From NCBI GenBank assembly GCA_046761065.1, contig JBHIFL010000079.1:1-18306 (forward strand): a stretch of DNA of 18,306 bases. The letters are read 5' to 3'. The notes under the pieces are model-generated. The model did not search any database, was not told the DNA's origin, and saw only the letters and a list, made by a program, of their open reading frames with translations. The translations under genes were made by a program, and so were the position numbers. Shown one piece after another: positions 1 through 8,929 of this stretch (its first letter is position 1; each line of letters starts with the position of its first letter). The stretch is from Candidatus Heimdallarchaeota archaeon. GTDB lineage: Archaea > Asgardarchaeota > Wukongarchaeia > Wukongarchaeales > JBHIFL01.

Positions 1-561
1 TATCCTTAGATGTTTTTTCAAAGAGTCATCCGTCCCATTCAAACAGCTGCTTCCTAGCAAAACCCCCAAGTCTGAGATGAAAATGAACCCTTAGAAGTTT
101 TTTATCTAGCTGAGTCAGAATAACTCTCTTTGACGTTACTTTTAGATCCTTCGATTGTCAATGAGCCTTTGATACGCACCTTTTTTGTTGTGCTCTAGTT
201 ATAAGTCTTTAAGGACTTGATAATAATAGGTCTCAGTGTGTGCTCAATCCCCTATCTGCTGGGATGTGATGCCTATTAAGCTTGAGAGGTCTATCTTGCA
301 CGTAAAAGCTGAGCCACCACTTTAAAACAGGCCTTCATAAAATTACTGTCCTTGTCGTAAGAATACAAGACCATGCGCCTCAGAGACGTCACTTTTGCAT
401 TCCTCCTCCCCTCCTATTATACAGGTATGAATGTATGCTTGCAACTCAATCAAAAAGGGATTAGATTGAATGCATTACATACAGAATCCTTCTGCTCAAA
501 TGAATTCAGGGATATCAAAGAGTGAAGTCCATCTTCAAGGCCTTAAAAAACAAGTAAGAAT

Positions 562-1419
562 CTATGAATTGTTTTCAACCGCTTTCCACGCTCTATCAAA
601 AGTAGAATCCTGGAGACTGGGTTCTCTCCCGTCCTCTGCGTTGTCCAAAAGCGCCCAAAAGCTAATTGGTCTTCTGTTCATTAGGAGGTCTAATGCGTCC
701 TTCCGCTGGCAGACTAAGACCCGGATCGAATCCAAAATCCTGCCTGTTATCCCTATGATTTCTCGGATTTCAATCGCGGTGAACGATTCGGTAGGGTGGG
801 TTCGGAGAAAGGCTTCTAGCTGGACAACATTTTCCAAAGAAATTTTCTATTGGGTAGTCCTAAGGCGATAGGTCTGTTCGATCAGATACCAGTTTTTTCT
901 TCCTGAACGATTTTGCAGAAGGAATTGCTCGGGGATGGGAACCAACACTCTCCTGAGCCCAGCTGCTGCATGATAAACTTGAATTCCGGTGCTTTATCCC
1001 CGATTCTGAGGTGCGAGTCGGAGTTCAGGTTCTTCTCGTAAAATTGATAGAACTTACATCGCTGAAAGAACTCCTTCAGTGTACGCGGGACAACGATGTC
1101 AGCTACTATGGGCTGGGGAAGCTTCCGCATCCACTCCAGCCATTTACCGTTTAGAAAATCCTTTTCCAGACCCAAAATCTCCAAACATTCCCATACTTTG
1201 GCAGCGCGAAAGAACTCCTCATGGGTGATCACTTCCGGGACTGGAATTCCGGGGTCCTGAAAGAAACTCACATCGAAGGGAAATATGATGTTTGGGGTGA
1301 ACTGGAACCGACAGAACCCGATTTCGAACCCCACAGAGTACAAGAGGAAACCGATGCATTTGAAAGTTTAACTGAAAACACAGATCCAGATATGTAGGAC
1401 GATTAAAACCATCATTCAC
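562..1419 (-). pseudogene. Probable disrupted ~285-codon hypothetical gene with C-terminal winged-helix-like segment
   Basis: ORFs 1219..1419, 882..1343 and 562..837 join into one frame with one extra T near 1260-1262 (EFL/QDPGIP), one missing G at 958-960 (MQQLG/LRRVLVP) and an in-frame TAG at 849..847. The C-terminal part LEAFLRTHPTESFTAIEIREIIGI looks wHTH-like. The 5' junction is the least certain. Confidence 0.5.
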
Positions 1420-1470
1420 TCCCGTTGCTGTTAAATCAACTTAGAACTGAGGAAAAGCGGTTGAATAACA

Positions 1471-3201
1471 TTAGAAATAAAGAAAATAAGCAAGCGCATA
1501 TATTAGGAACCAAACCGAAAGCAATAGTAGTCCAATTTTTCCTTTGGCCGTGTCCAGAAACTTTCTTTTCATTTCCAGCGAATAAATTTGCTGAAAATTA
1601 GAAATCTCGTTTTCATTCGCCCACTGAATGAGAGTATTGCCTAGTGGGAGGATTTCATGAACCTTTTTTCGAGTGCGATTTACCGCTTTTTGATGAAAGA
1701 ATCTCAAATACAAGATCCCAATCAAATACGGAAGTGCAAGGCTTGTTGAAACCAGCCACAATAAATCAAACAATGTAGTAAGGTATATGGCAGTAAATCC
1801 TGTATAAAGTGTTTCATTATACGCTTTGAGCATATCCCATGCTAGTAGAAGACCTGCAAGCCCGAGAGCTTTATCAAGAAGGCCACTTCGGACGTGGTCT
1901 TCCAATTTAATTAACGCACGATCTTGAGTCATCCCGCTAACATTCAAATCTCGAGCCATCCAAATTAACGGGACAATCCAAAAAGCAAGTAAAGGAGAAG
2001 TTATAGATACCAAGACTGCCATTACAATTAGAGTATACTGATCAAGAATTAATTCGTTTTCGACTTCTATATACACCCAATTAGGTGGTTTAGCCCACAA
2101 AATAAATTTGGACAATAGCATAGCAAGCCCAAGGCATATCGAAATGACTTCGATCATACGTCCTCTAAAAATCCCAAAAACGTTGCGTAGATCTACATCA
2201 TTCGCATTGGCTTCAATATAATATTGCGAATCACGATCTAAGTTTAATCCAAACAGTTTTCCAGCCAGAAAATTCCGTTTGTTTTCTTTCCACTTTCTCA
2301 GTGCGCTGGTTAATATCCTTTCAGCAATGGGATTGCCTAATTTACTCCAGAGCAATAGTGAAATTACTGGAATCCCAAGAATGATGATAGCATACAGATA
2401 ATTTTGTATTAGTATCTCAACTAGCGAAAATACCTCCCACCCGAAGTAGGAAAAGGCCAATCTGACACCAAACAAAAGAACAAGAAAGATAAAGATTATA
2501 CCGATCCAGTTTTTTCCGGGAGAAATGATCTCAAATTTTGCTTCATCAATCGTGACTTCTTGAGCAGGCAGTTGTGCTGGTGAGGGTGAGACCGCAATTT
2601 CTTCAGGTTCGGATGGTTTGGATATTAATCTATGGATGAAATATAAGATAACCACAAGCCCTAAAATGCCTAGCAGAATATATTTTAAGATTAAGTCAAG
2701 AAGATAGGGGCTCATAACTTGCCCGAATATTAACGTTGGTTGTTGTTCTTTCCAGTAATTGGGACCAAATGGTGGATTTGTGCTCCAAGTAAAAACTTCA
2801 ATACTTGTACGGACATTTACTATTCCTACTGTAGCGTGACCATGAATATCGGTATTATCAATCACTAACCAATATTCAGCTACTTCAGGAAGCGTAACTT
2901 CAAATGTTGCATAGGTTATTCCTTGATAAACCCCTCCGGTTAAATCAGAAAATGAAGCTTTGTTAAGATACTTGGTATGTTGGTCTTCATTCACGAGGTA
3001 AAGATCGATTAGATTATCAGCTGCGACTGTTACTCGAATTGGAAAATTTTCTTCTAGATTATTTATACCATACTCTTGGTAATAGCCCGGTTCGAGATCA
3101 TATTGGTGGTCATCATAGAGGACATCAGCAGTTGCCAAGGGAATTGCTTGCCAGAAAAAAAGGATCATAAAAGTGGACACAAAGATAGTTCGTGTTTTCA
3201 T
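1471..3201 (-). CDS. Polytopic membrane protein: signal peptide, extracellular beta-sandwich (GOLD/PPC-like) domain, Pro-rich linker, roughly 8-10 TM helices
   Basis: 576-aa ORF. Signal peptide MKTR + hydrophobic core + ATA-D. Beta-rich domain with IDLYLVN and EYWLVIDN. Linker PSEPEEIAVSPSPAQLPA. Many hydrophobic segments. TATA-like ATTTAAAA ~25 nt upstream of the ATG suggests a leaderless transcript. Confidence 0.85.
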   Translation of the reverse strand: MKTRTIFVSTFMILFFWQAIPLATADVLYDDHQYDLEPGYYQEYGINNLEENFPIRVTVAADNLIDLYLVNEDQHTKYLNKASFSDLTGGVYQGITYATFEVTLPEVAEYWLVIDNTDIHGHATVGIVNVRTSIEVFTWSTNPPFGPNYWKEQQPTLIFGQVMSPYLLDLILKYILLGILGLVVILYFIHRLISKPSEPEEIAVSPSPAQLPAQEVTIDEAKFEIISPGKNWIGIIFIFLVLLFGVRLAFSYFGWEVFSLVEILIQNYLYAIIILGIPVISLLLWSKLGNPIAERILTSALRKWKENKRNFLAGKLFGLNLDRDSQYYIEANANDVDLRNVFGIFRGRMIEVISICLGLAMLLSKFILWAKPPNWVYIEVENELILDQYTLIVMAVLVSITSPLLAFWIVPLIWMARDLNVSGMTQDRALIKLEDHVRSGLLDKALGLAGLLLAWDMLKAYNETLYTGFTAIYLTTLFDLLWLVSTSLALPYLIGILYLRFFHQKAVNRTRKKVHEILPLGNTLIQWANENEISNFQQIYSLEMKRKFLDTAKGKIGLLLLSVWFLIYALAYFLYF

Positions 3202-3322
3202 ATTGACTGTTTGTTACACTTGACTTTTAAATTTTACCAGGGATTTTGAGGACCGTCCTATGGACAATTCCAACAGGCTTGTTCCTAAGGATAGAAGAAG
3301 CCAAGTCTAGCTACAATTCCAC

Positions 3323-3346
3323 CCGCCTTTTTTTATTTAAAGGCGG
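3323..3346. repeat. Perfect 8-bp inverted repeat CCGCCTTT-N8-AAAGGCGG
   Basis: Arms read directly at 3323-3330 and 3339-3346. Confidence 0.7.
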
Positions 3347-3434
3347 AAAATGAAGAACAAAGTTGGTGATGGTCTGCTACACGACTCAGGAACGATTTGA
3401 GAACGCCCTATGGCTTTATTTATAAGTGTTCATA

Positions 3435-3572
3435 GATTTTTACTGAGATTGGGTGGCAACCTCTGTACTGGTTATTCCAACAGCACGACATACGCGAAAC
3501 CCGGATCGGCCACGGGTCAATAACTCACTCCGTCCGTCAGGACTCAGCACAATCCACAATCGAGGAGTGACA
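3435..3572. ncRNA. Candidate structured RNA or cis-regulatory leader between two TATA-like boxes
   Basis: 66 G+C in 120 nt (3451-3570) within an AT-rich intergenic region. Several stems present. TATA-like TTTATTTATAA (~3416-3425) and ATTTAAATA (~3583-3591) flank it. Confidence 0.35.
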
Positions 3573-3642
3573 AATAACTACAATTTAAATACGAGCACAT
3601 AAATCTCAACTCCCAAGACAAAACATGAAGGATGAATAGTCA

Positions 3643-5997
3643 ATGACAAAGCGAATCCGGGCACGATTAGATAAGCTGGAGACCCCAGCTTTGAAAGCGT
3701 CAGGGCTAGACCTAACAATAGGCACACTGATAACGAAAGAATTAGACGAACCTACAGGTCCTACACTATTTCCACAAGTATCAGACCTACGTGAGTGGGA
3801 TATGAAGCTTCTCGAACGATATCCAATGTTTTATGCCCCCTTTTGTGATCATTGTTGTCTTTGTACGTTTGGCAAATGTGATCTAACGGCAGGGAAACAC
3901 GGTGCATGCGGAATTGACACGGCTGGCCAACAGGGCCGAATCATCTTACTTGCTTGTTGTATTGGTGCTGCATGCCATACGGGACACGCCAGGCACTTGC
4001 TACATTTTCTAGAAAGAAAATTGGGTGGTTTGGACAAACCTCTTTTTATAGGCGAAGGTATCGAAGTGGAAGCCCCCCATATGCGACTCTTGACTGGTTT
4101 GAAGCCAGAAACGATAGCGGATCTTAAAGAGGCATTGGAATATTGTGAGGAACAAATTGTCCAAGGTATGGCAGCAACTCATACCGGTCAAGAAGGATCA
4201 GCATACGACTTTGAATCCAAAGCTATGCATATTGGCATGATTGATCATCTTGGTATGGAGATTGCTGATATAGCTCAGCTAGTAGCGTACGATCAATTTC
4301 CTAAAGCTGACCCCAACGCCCCCTTAGTAGAGATTGGAGCGGGAGTTTTCGACCTTAAGAAACCAACAATCCTCCTAATAGGCCATAATATTGCAGCTGG
4401 CGGTGAGATTATCGAATACTTGGAGGATACAGGCCAACTGGAGGAAATTGAAGTTGGTGGGATTTGTTGTACGGCGTTTGATGTCACTCGGAGGAATCCC
4501 GCAGCGAAAATAGTGGGACCCATCTCGAAACAACTCAAATTTGTTAGAGCAGGCATTCCAGATGTGGTTGTCGTAGATGAACAGTGCATTAATGTTGGGA
4601 TCCACAAGGAAGCCGCTAAGATCGGTGCACCCTTTATCGCAACGAACTCAAAAGCGAGTTTTGGACTAAAGAACTTAACAGACGAAGATCCAGATCGTGT
4701 TGTAGAGGTCCTTGCTTCGGGAGAGCTCCCAGGGGCCTTAATTTTGGATGAACTAAAAGTTGGCGAGATTGCAGTAAAACTTGCGAAAATAATTGCCCCA
4801 AAACGGGCGAAACAGAAAACCATCCCCTCAGAGGAAGAACTTGCTCAGATTGTTAAAGATTGCAACCAGTGTGGAAGATGCCGAAGAGCCTGTCCCCATG
4901 ATTTACACATCCGCGATGCGATGAAAGCGGCCAAGGGTGGAGACTTGGAACCATTGGCCCACCTACACGACTATTGCATAGGATGTGCCCGTTGTGAAGA
5001 AGCTTGCGACAGAAATATACCCGTCTTGTCTCTAATTGAAAAAGCTGCTGAAAGGAAAGTGAAAACAGAAAAATACACGGTCAGAACTGGGCGAGGCGCC
5101 GTTTCAGATGTCGAAATCCGGGGTGTGGGATCAGACCTGGTCCTTGGTAATATTCCTGGTGCTATAGCCTTAGTTGGTTGCGCCAATTACCCGGAAACTA
5201 AATTGGATCTCTCCCAAATGGCTAAAGAGTTCCTTGATCGGAACTATATCGTTGTAGCAAGTGGTTGCAGCGCAATGGATCTTTCGATGTGGCGAGATGA
5301 AAATGGTGACACCATCTGGGAGGCGTATCCCGGAGATTTCGACAAAGGGGCAATTTGCAATGTGGGATCATGTGTTGCAAATTCTCATATCACGGGTGCG
5401 GTCATCAAGGTTGCTAATATCTTTGCACGCAGACCTCTGAAAGGTAATTACGAAGAGATTGCGGATTACATCCTCCATCGAGTCGGAGCGGTAGGGATGG
5501 CTTGGGGTGCTTATAGCCAAAAAGCAGCCGCTATTGCCACCGGGTGCAACAGACTTGGAATTCCAGTTGTGGTGGGACCCCATGGTTCAAAATATCGCCG
5601 GTCGTACATGGGAACCCGAGAAGACGCTTCTAAATGGCAAGTATACAATGCTCGAACGGGAGATCAAGTTTATATTGGGCCGGCGCCGGAACACCTGGTT
5701 TATCCTGCCGAGACCCTCGAAGAAGCAATGCCATTGATGGCAAAACTCTGTATGCGAGCAAATGACACATCTAAGGGCCGCCAGATCAAAGTTGCACACT
5801 ACGTGGATCTCACAAGAAAGTATATAGGAATAGTTATGCCCCCAGACATTCATTATTACATTCGTAATGAAAACGACATTCCTGTAACACTTGATGCGGA
5901 TATTCGAGAGTATCTCAAGCAAATTCCAGACTGGAGACCCGTTGACATCCCAGATCCAACTCTTTTAAAACGATTAGTTAGGAGGCCGAAAGATTAA
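3643..5997 (+). CDS. cdhA: CO dehydrogenase/acetyl-CoA synthase complex alpha subunit (archaeal Ni-CODH)
   Basis: CDHCCLCTFGKC...GACG (B/D clusters). C-cluster ligand motifs GHN, ICCT, DEQC, VGC, SGC, GSC. Two ferredoxin motifs CNQCGRCRRACP and CIGCARCEEAC. C-terminal IPDPTLL. Confidence 0.97.
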   Translation: MTKRIRARLDKLETPALKASGLDLTIGTLITKELDEPTGPTLFPQVSDLREWDMKLLERYPMFYAPFCDHCCLCTFGKCDLTAGKHGACGIDTAGQQGRIILLACCIGAACHTGHARHLLHFLERKLGGLDKPLFIGEGIEVEAPHMRLLTGLKPETIADLKEALEYCEEQIVQGMAATHTGQEGSAYDFESKAMHIGMIDHLGMEIADIAQLVAYDQFPKADPNAPLVEIGAGVFDLKKPTILLIGHNIAAGGEIIEYLEDTGQLEEIEVGGICCTAFDVTRRNPAAKIVGPISKQLKFVRAGIPDVVVVDEQCINVGIHKEAAKIGAPFIATNSKASFGLKNLTDEDPDRVVEVLASGELPGALILDELKVGEIAVKLAKIIAPKRAKQKTIPSEEELAQIVKDCNQCGRCRRACPHDLHIRDAMKAAKGGDLEPLAHLHDYCIGCARCEEACDRNIPVLSLIEKAAERKVKTEKYTVRTGRGAVSDVEIRGVGSDLVLGNIPGAIALVGCANYPETKLDLSQMAKEFLDRNYIVVASGCSAMDLSMWRDENGDTIWEAYPGDFDKGAICNVGSCVANSHITGAVIKVANIFARRPLKGNYEEIADYILHRVGAVGMAWGAYSQKAAAIATGCNRLGIPVVVGPHGSKYRRSYMGTREDASKWQVYNARTGDQVYIGPAPEHLVYPAETLEEAMPLMAKLCMRANDTSKGRQIKVAHYVDLTRKYIGIVMPPDIHYYIRNENDIPVTLDADIREYLKQIPDWRPVDIPDPTLLKRLVRRPKD

Positions 5998-6503
5998 TGC
6001 CAATCCCGTGGCAACGAGCAAACGTTCCAGGTTGGGTGCAAGCGAAGGAACTAAAGGTCGAAGACTTAGTGAATCTGATTACCAAGTCAGAAAAACCGAT
6101 CCTAATTATCAGTAAGTTCGAAGAGTTTGAAGAAGAGATTGCTAAGGGTCTAATCGAAAAATTAGCTGGGAAGGCAACTGTTATCTTTACTCCTTGGGCA
6201 ATGAAACATTATCGAGGGAAGATCCAACCGGATGCGATGTTTGGACTTACAGAAATTACCCAGCGTCTGACTAATGGTTGGACCGGACCAGAGGGGGACG
6301 GGATACCGTACGATCTGATTATGTACTTTGGGTCCTATTATTACCATCAAAGCCAAATGCATTCTGCATTAAAACACTTCCTCCCGAAGACCCCAAGTGT
6401 CTCATTAAATAGGTATTACAGTCCAAATGCATCTTATAGCTTCAGCAACTTCACTGAAAAGCGATGGATCAATTCAATGAATAAAGTACTGAAGGCCCTT
6501 TGA
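5997..6503 (+). CDS. cdhB: CO dehydrogenase/acetyl-CoA synthase complex epsilon subunit
   Basis: TAATG overlap with cdhA. Motifs PWQRANVPG, WTGPEGDG-YDL-YFG-YY, S-LKHF and RYYSPNASYSFSN are typical of CdhB. Confidence 0.92.
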   Translation: MPIPWQRANVPGWVQAKELKVEDLVNLITKSEKPILIISKFEEFEEEIAKGLIEKLAGKATVIFTPWAMKHYRGKIQPDAMFGLTEITQRLTNGWTGPEGDGIPYDLIMYFGSYYYHQSQMHSALKHFLPKTPSVSLNRYYSPNASYSFSNFTEKRWINSMNKVLKAL

Positions 6504-6679
6504 GGTCTATATGTTCTTCGCCCATCCTACTCACTTTTCTCTTTTTCATACAATATATCTATTTATTAGATAAGTCAAGAGAAGATACTCCATTATTCAA
6601 GTTGATGTCTCTTTCTTTTAAGCAAAACAAATTTGTACTGCCCTCCTCAATGTCATAGAATTGAAAGGGTTGATCTGAG

Positions 6680-7135
6680 TTGGCAATTCGACCGAAGTAC
6701 CCTAAAAATTTGACATTTCAAATTGATGCAACATGGGACGGGCAATTAGGAGGAATTGTAGAAGTAAAACAGGGCTATCGCTTGAAATTTGACATCCCAC
6801 CTACATTTGGTGGCCCAGGCCAAGCATTTTGTCCGGATGAACTCTTATTAGCATCCATTGCAGGATGCTTGATAAACACATTTCTTCATTTCAAAGAACA
6901 AATTGAGTTCGAAATGGTGGCGTTTTCGTTCCAAGTGCGGGCTGAAGTGGGATTTGAGCATGATAAATACCAGATCATACAAATAGAGGTGGATGGAACG
7001 TTAATGGTTAGTGAAGGGAATGAGGATCTCGGAGAAGAGTGTTTGCGGCTTGCCAAAGATTATTGTCATATAACTAGATCTCTTACTCCTTGTATCCCTA
7101 TCAAATACCATATTGGAATTGAAAGTGCCCATTAA
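6680..7135 (+). CDS. OsmC/Ohr family protein
   Basis: DIPPTFGGPG-PDELLLASIAGC and a second Cys in AKDYCHITRSL. TTG start. Confidence 0.9.
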   Translation: MAIRPKYPKNLTFQIDATWDGQLGGIVEVKQGYRLKFDIPPTFGGPGQAFCPDELLLASIAGCLINTFLHFKEQIEFEMVAFSFQVRAEVGFEHDKYQIIQIEVDGTLMVSEGNEDLGEECLRLAKDYCHITRSLTPCIPIKYHIGIESAH

Positions 7136-7253
7136 TAGGTTGATCCCTCATGTAATTCGTAAAAACAAGTCAATAGACGGATCACTCAATACACCGATTT
7201 CTTTTCACCCTTCCATAATAGTTTCCGGCTTTAAAATTGCTCCTACAAAATTG

Positions 7254-7273
7254 ATCATATCATACGATATGAT
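7254..7273. promoter_or_regulatory. Palindrome ATCATATC-N4-GATATGAT, candidate operator of the downstream PadR-family regulator
   Basis: Perfect 8-bp arms, 17 nt upstream of TATA-like TTTAAAAA (7291-7298). Confidence 0.55.
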
Positions 7274-7381
7274 AAAATATATTAATGATATTTAAAAATT
7301 ATAGGTATTCAGAGATAAGAATCCCTTGATTGGTATAAAACATTCATATTTAGGAAACTCAACCATTAATGCAACCAGCTT

Positions 7382-8248
7382 GTGCCAAAAATGATGCAAG
7401 AAAAAAGATATCGTCTCGGAAAATTCCAATTACGGTTACTCCTCCTGTTAAAAATCCGTCCCATGTATGGACTGGAGCTCATGAAAATTCTCAAAGCACG
7501 GGGAAAAGAAAAGCTCTCTCCAGGCCTGCTCTATCCTACCTTGAATCGTCTTGAAGAAATGGGTTTATTAGATTCCCGGGAAGAGAAAAGAGAAGGAGTT
7601 GGTGCCACCCGAAAAATATATCGGACAACTGAGCGTGGTTTGGATGCCATTTTCACGGGAGTAGGACCTATTACTGATTTTGTCGACTTCCTCTTATGGG
7701 AAGAGTCTGCTGAGTTGAGGGAAGAAATCTATCGAGATTGTGAGTTCAAAGAAGGCCAGACCGTTGTCGATTTTTCAAATAATCTTGAAGACCTCATTGC
7801 AATTGACATTGGGTATTATGTTGGAAAAACAGGTAAGGTCTACTTCCATGTGAGAGATCCGGAGCAAGTAAACATTTTGCAGAACCATATCAATGCGCAT
7901 AACCTCGAGAATATTGTGATCCCCCTAGATGTACGTCCCACCGCGTACTCTCGACCCGCTCCGGTAGATATTGCGACAAATATCATGAGTTTGCATGAAG
8001 AACCCGACCCCCAAGGCATTATAAACGCAATGCAAGGCGTGGTAAAAAATGAGGGGCGAGTTGTTGTTGCAGATCTTCACAGGATCGACCACATCTTTGC
8101 GAACCTCCTCCAACGGTTGGCACCACATCACCGAACCATGGGACTCGACGAAGAAGATCTCACTCGGTATTTTGCCAACGCAGATTTAGAAACGACCCGC
8201 ATCCGAAAAGAAAAAGGAATTATTATGATAATTGGAACAAAATCATAG
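7382..8248 (+). CDS. PadR-family regulator fused to a degenerate class I methyltransferase-fold domain (start may be ATG 7391)
   Basis: PadR signature RPMYGLELMK...LSPGLLYPTLNRLEEMGLL...RKIYRTTERG. The C-terminus follows the MTase pattern EGQTVVD...VGKTGKVY...LHE-PDP...VKNEGRVVVAD, but without GxGxG. Confidence 0.88.
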   Translation: MPKMMQEKRYRLGKFQLRLLLLLKIRPMYGLELMKILKARGKEKLSPGLLYPTLNRLEEMGLLDSREEKREGVGATRKIYRTTERGLDAIFTGVGPITDFVDFLLWEESAELREEIYRDCEFKEGQTVVDFSNNLEDLIAIDIGYYVGKTGKVYFHVRDPEQVNILQNHINAHNLENIVIPLDVRPTAYSRPAPVDIATNIMSLHEEPDPQGIINAMQGVVKNEGRVVVADLHRIDHIFANLLQRLAPHHRTMGLDEEDLTRYFANADLETTRIRKEKGIIMIIGTKS

Positions 8249-8382
8249 ATAGAGGTAATTTAGTCTTGTCTAGTTCAAAATTAATAGCACACAAACCCTA
8301 GAGATTGGTCAACTTCTCTGACTTAAAATCTGCAGAGGACAAACTCCCGCAAAAAGTAACTATTCTTCCTGTGTTTCTTCAT

Positions 8383-8769
8383 TTATGGGAGGGGAACCTC
8401 GACTTGGAGGTGAGAGGCCACTTCTTCCTTCGTTTTCATGTCTTTTTCAAGTTTTTCTATTGTTATAGTCAAGGATTTTATTTCAGCATCTAGTTTTTGC
8501 ATCTCGGATTGCAATTTCATTTTCTGCGACTTAAGTTTTTGAATCTCGATCTCTTTTATCGGGATTTTTTCTTGGCTTAGTCTCATTTTTTCAAGTTCTT
8601 TCTTGGCGATTTTTTCAGAAACGTCAGCATCTTTTTGGCCCCTTTTTACCCAATCTTTCATCTTTTTCACTTTATCCTCCCTTTTTTTGAGCCACTGTTC
8701 ACGACGCTTCAAATAATCTTTTCTCTTAGAGGAATAGTGAATAATCTTTTCCCAAAGTTCTGTACTCAT
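8383..8769 (-). CDS. Lys/Glu-rich coiled-coil hypothetical protein
   Basis: 128-aa ORF with strong AAGGAGG RBS. Heptad pattern IQKLKSQKMKLQSEMQKLDAEIKSLTITIEKLEKDM. Confidence 0.8.
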   Translation of the reverse strand: MSTELWEKIIHYSSKRKDYLKRREQWLKKREDKVKKMKDWVKRGQKDADVSEKIAKKELEKMRLSQEKIPIKEIEIQKLKSQKMKLQSEMQKLDAEIKSLTITIEKLEKDMKTKEEVASHLQVEVPLP

Positions 8770-8929
8770 GCTCTTGTTCCTCCTTATTTATCTATCCATC
8801 AAATAATCTGTGTAGCATTACACCATATAGGTGGAGGTTTGCTCCATAGAATGTGATAGATCAAACAAGTTTTTAATATATTCGGGATTTAAGGCCTTGT
8901 AAGATCATGGTTGACATGCTGGAGGAAAA

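Noticed and set aside
209-400. Minus-strand ATG after a strong GGAGGAGG reading MQK*RL*GAWSC..., a UxxU selenoprotein-like pattern with four TGAs before a TAA
   Set aside because: No recognisable SECIS and no known Cys-homologue family; the rest of the frame is not protein-like. A tblastn hit with Cys at the TGA positions would revive it.
470-871. 133-aa plus-strand ORF
   Set aside because: Ser-rich shadow of the more protein-like minus-strand wHTH frame.
1221-1397. Acidic 58-aa plus-strand ORF (MGDHFRDW...TDPDM)
   Set aside because: No RBS, and antisense to the reconstructed minus-strand gene. Not fully excluded.
3441-3530. Partial resemblance to NiCo (ACUGAG...CAACAG) and TPP (UGAG...ACCCGU...GAUC...GCGUA) riboswitches
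   Set aside because: The required helices and conserved junction nucleotides cannot be formed.
3849-6362. Multiple antisense or alternate-frame ORFs inside cdhAB (and similarly inside speB, iscS, iscU, sfsA)
   Set aside because: Shadow ORFs of well-supported genes, with no motifs.
8790-8929. Possible guanidine or fluoride riboswitch upstream of the ureohydrolase or coiled-coil gene
   Set aside because: Only short 3-7 bp stems; no ACGR loops or ykkC/crcB consensus. Better explained as a divergent promoter around TTTTAATATA (8871-8880).
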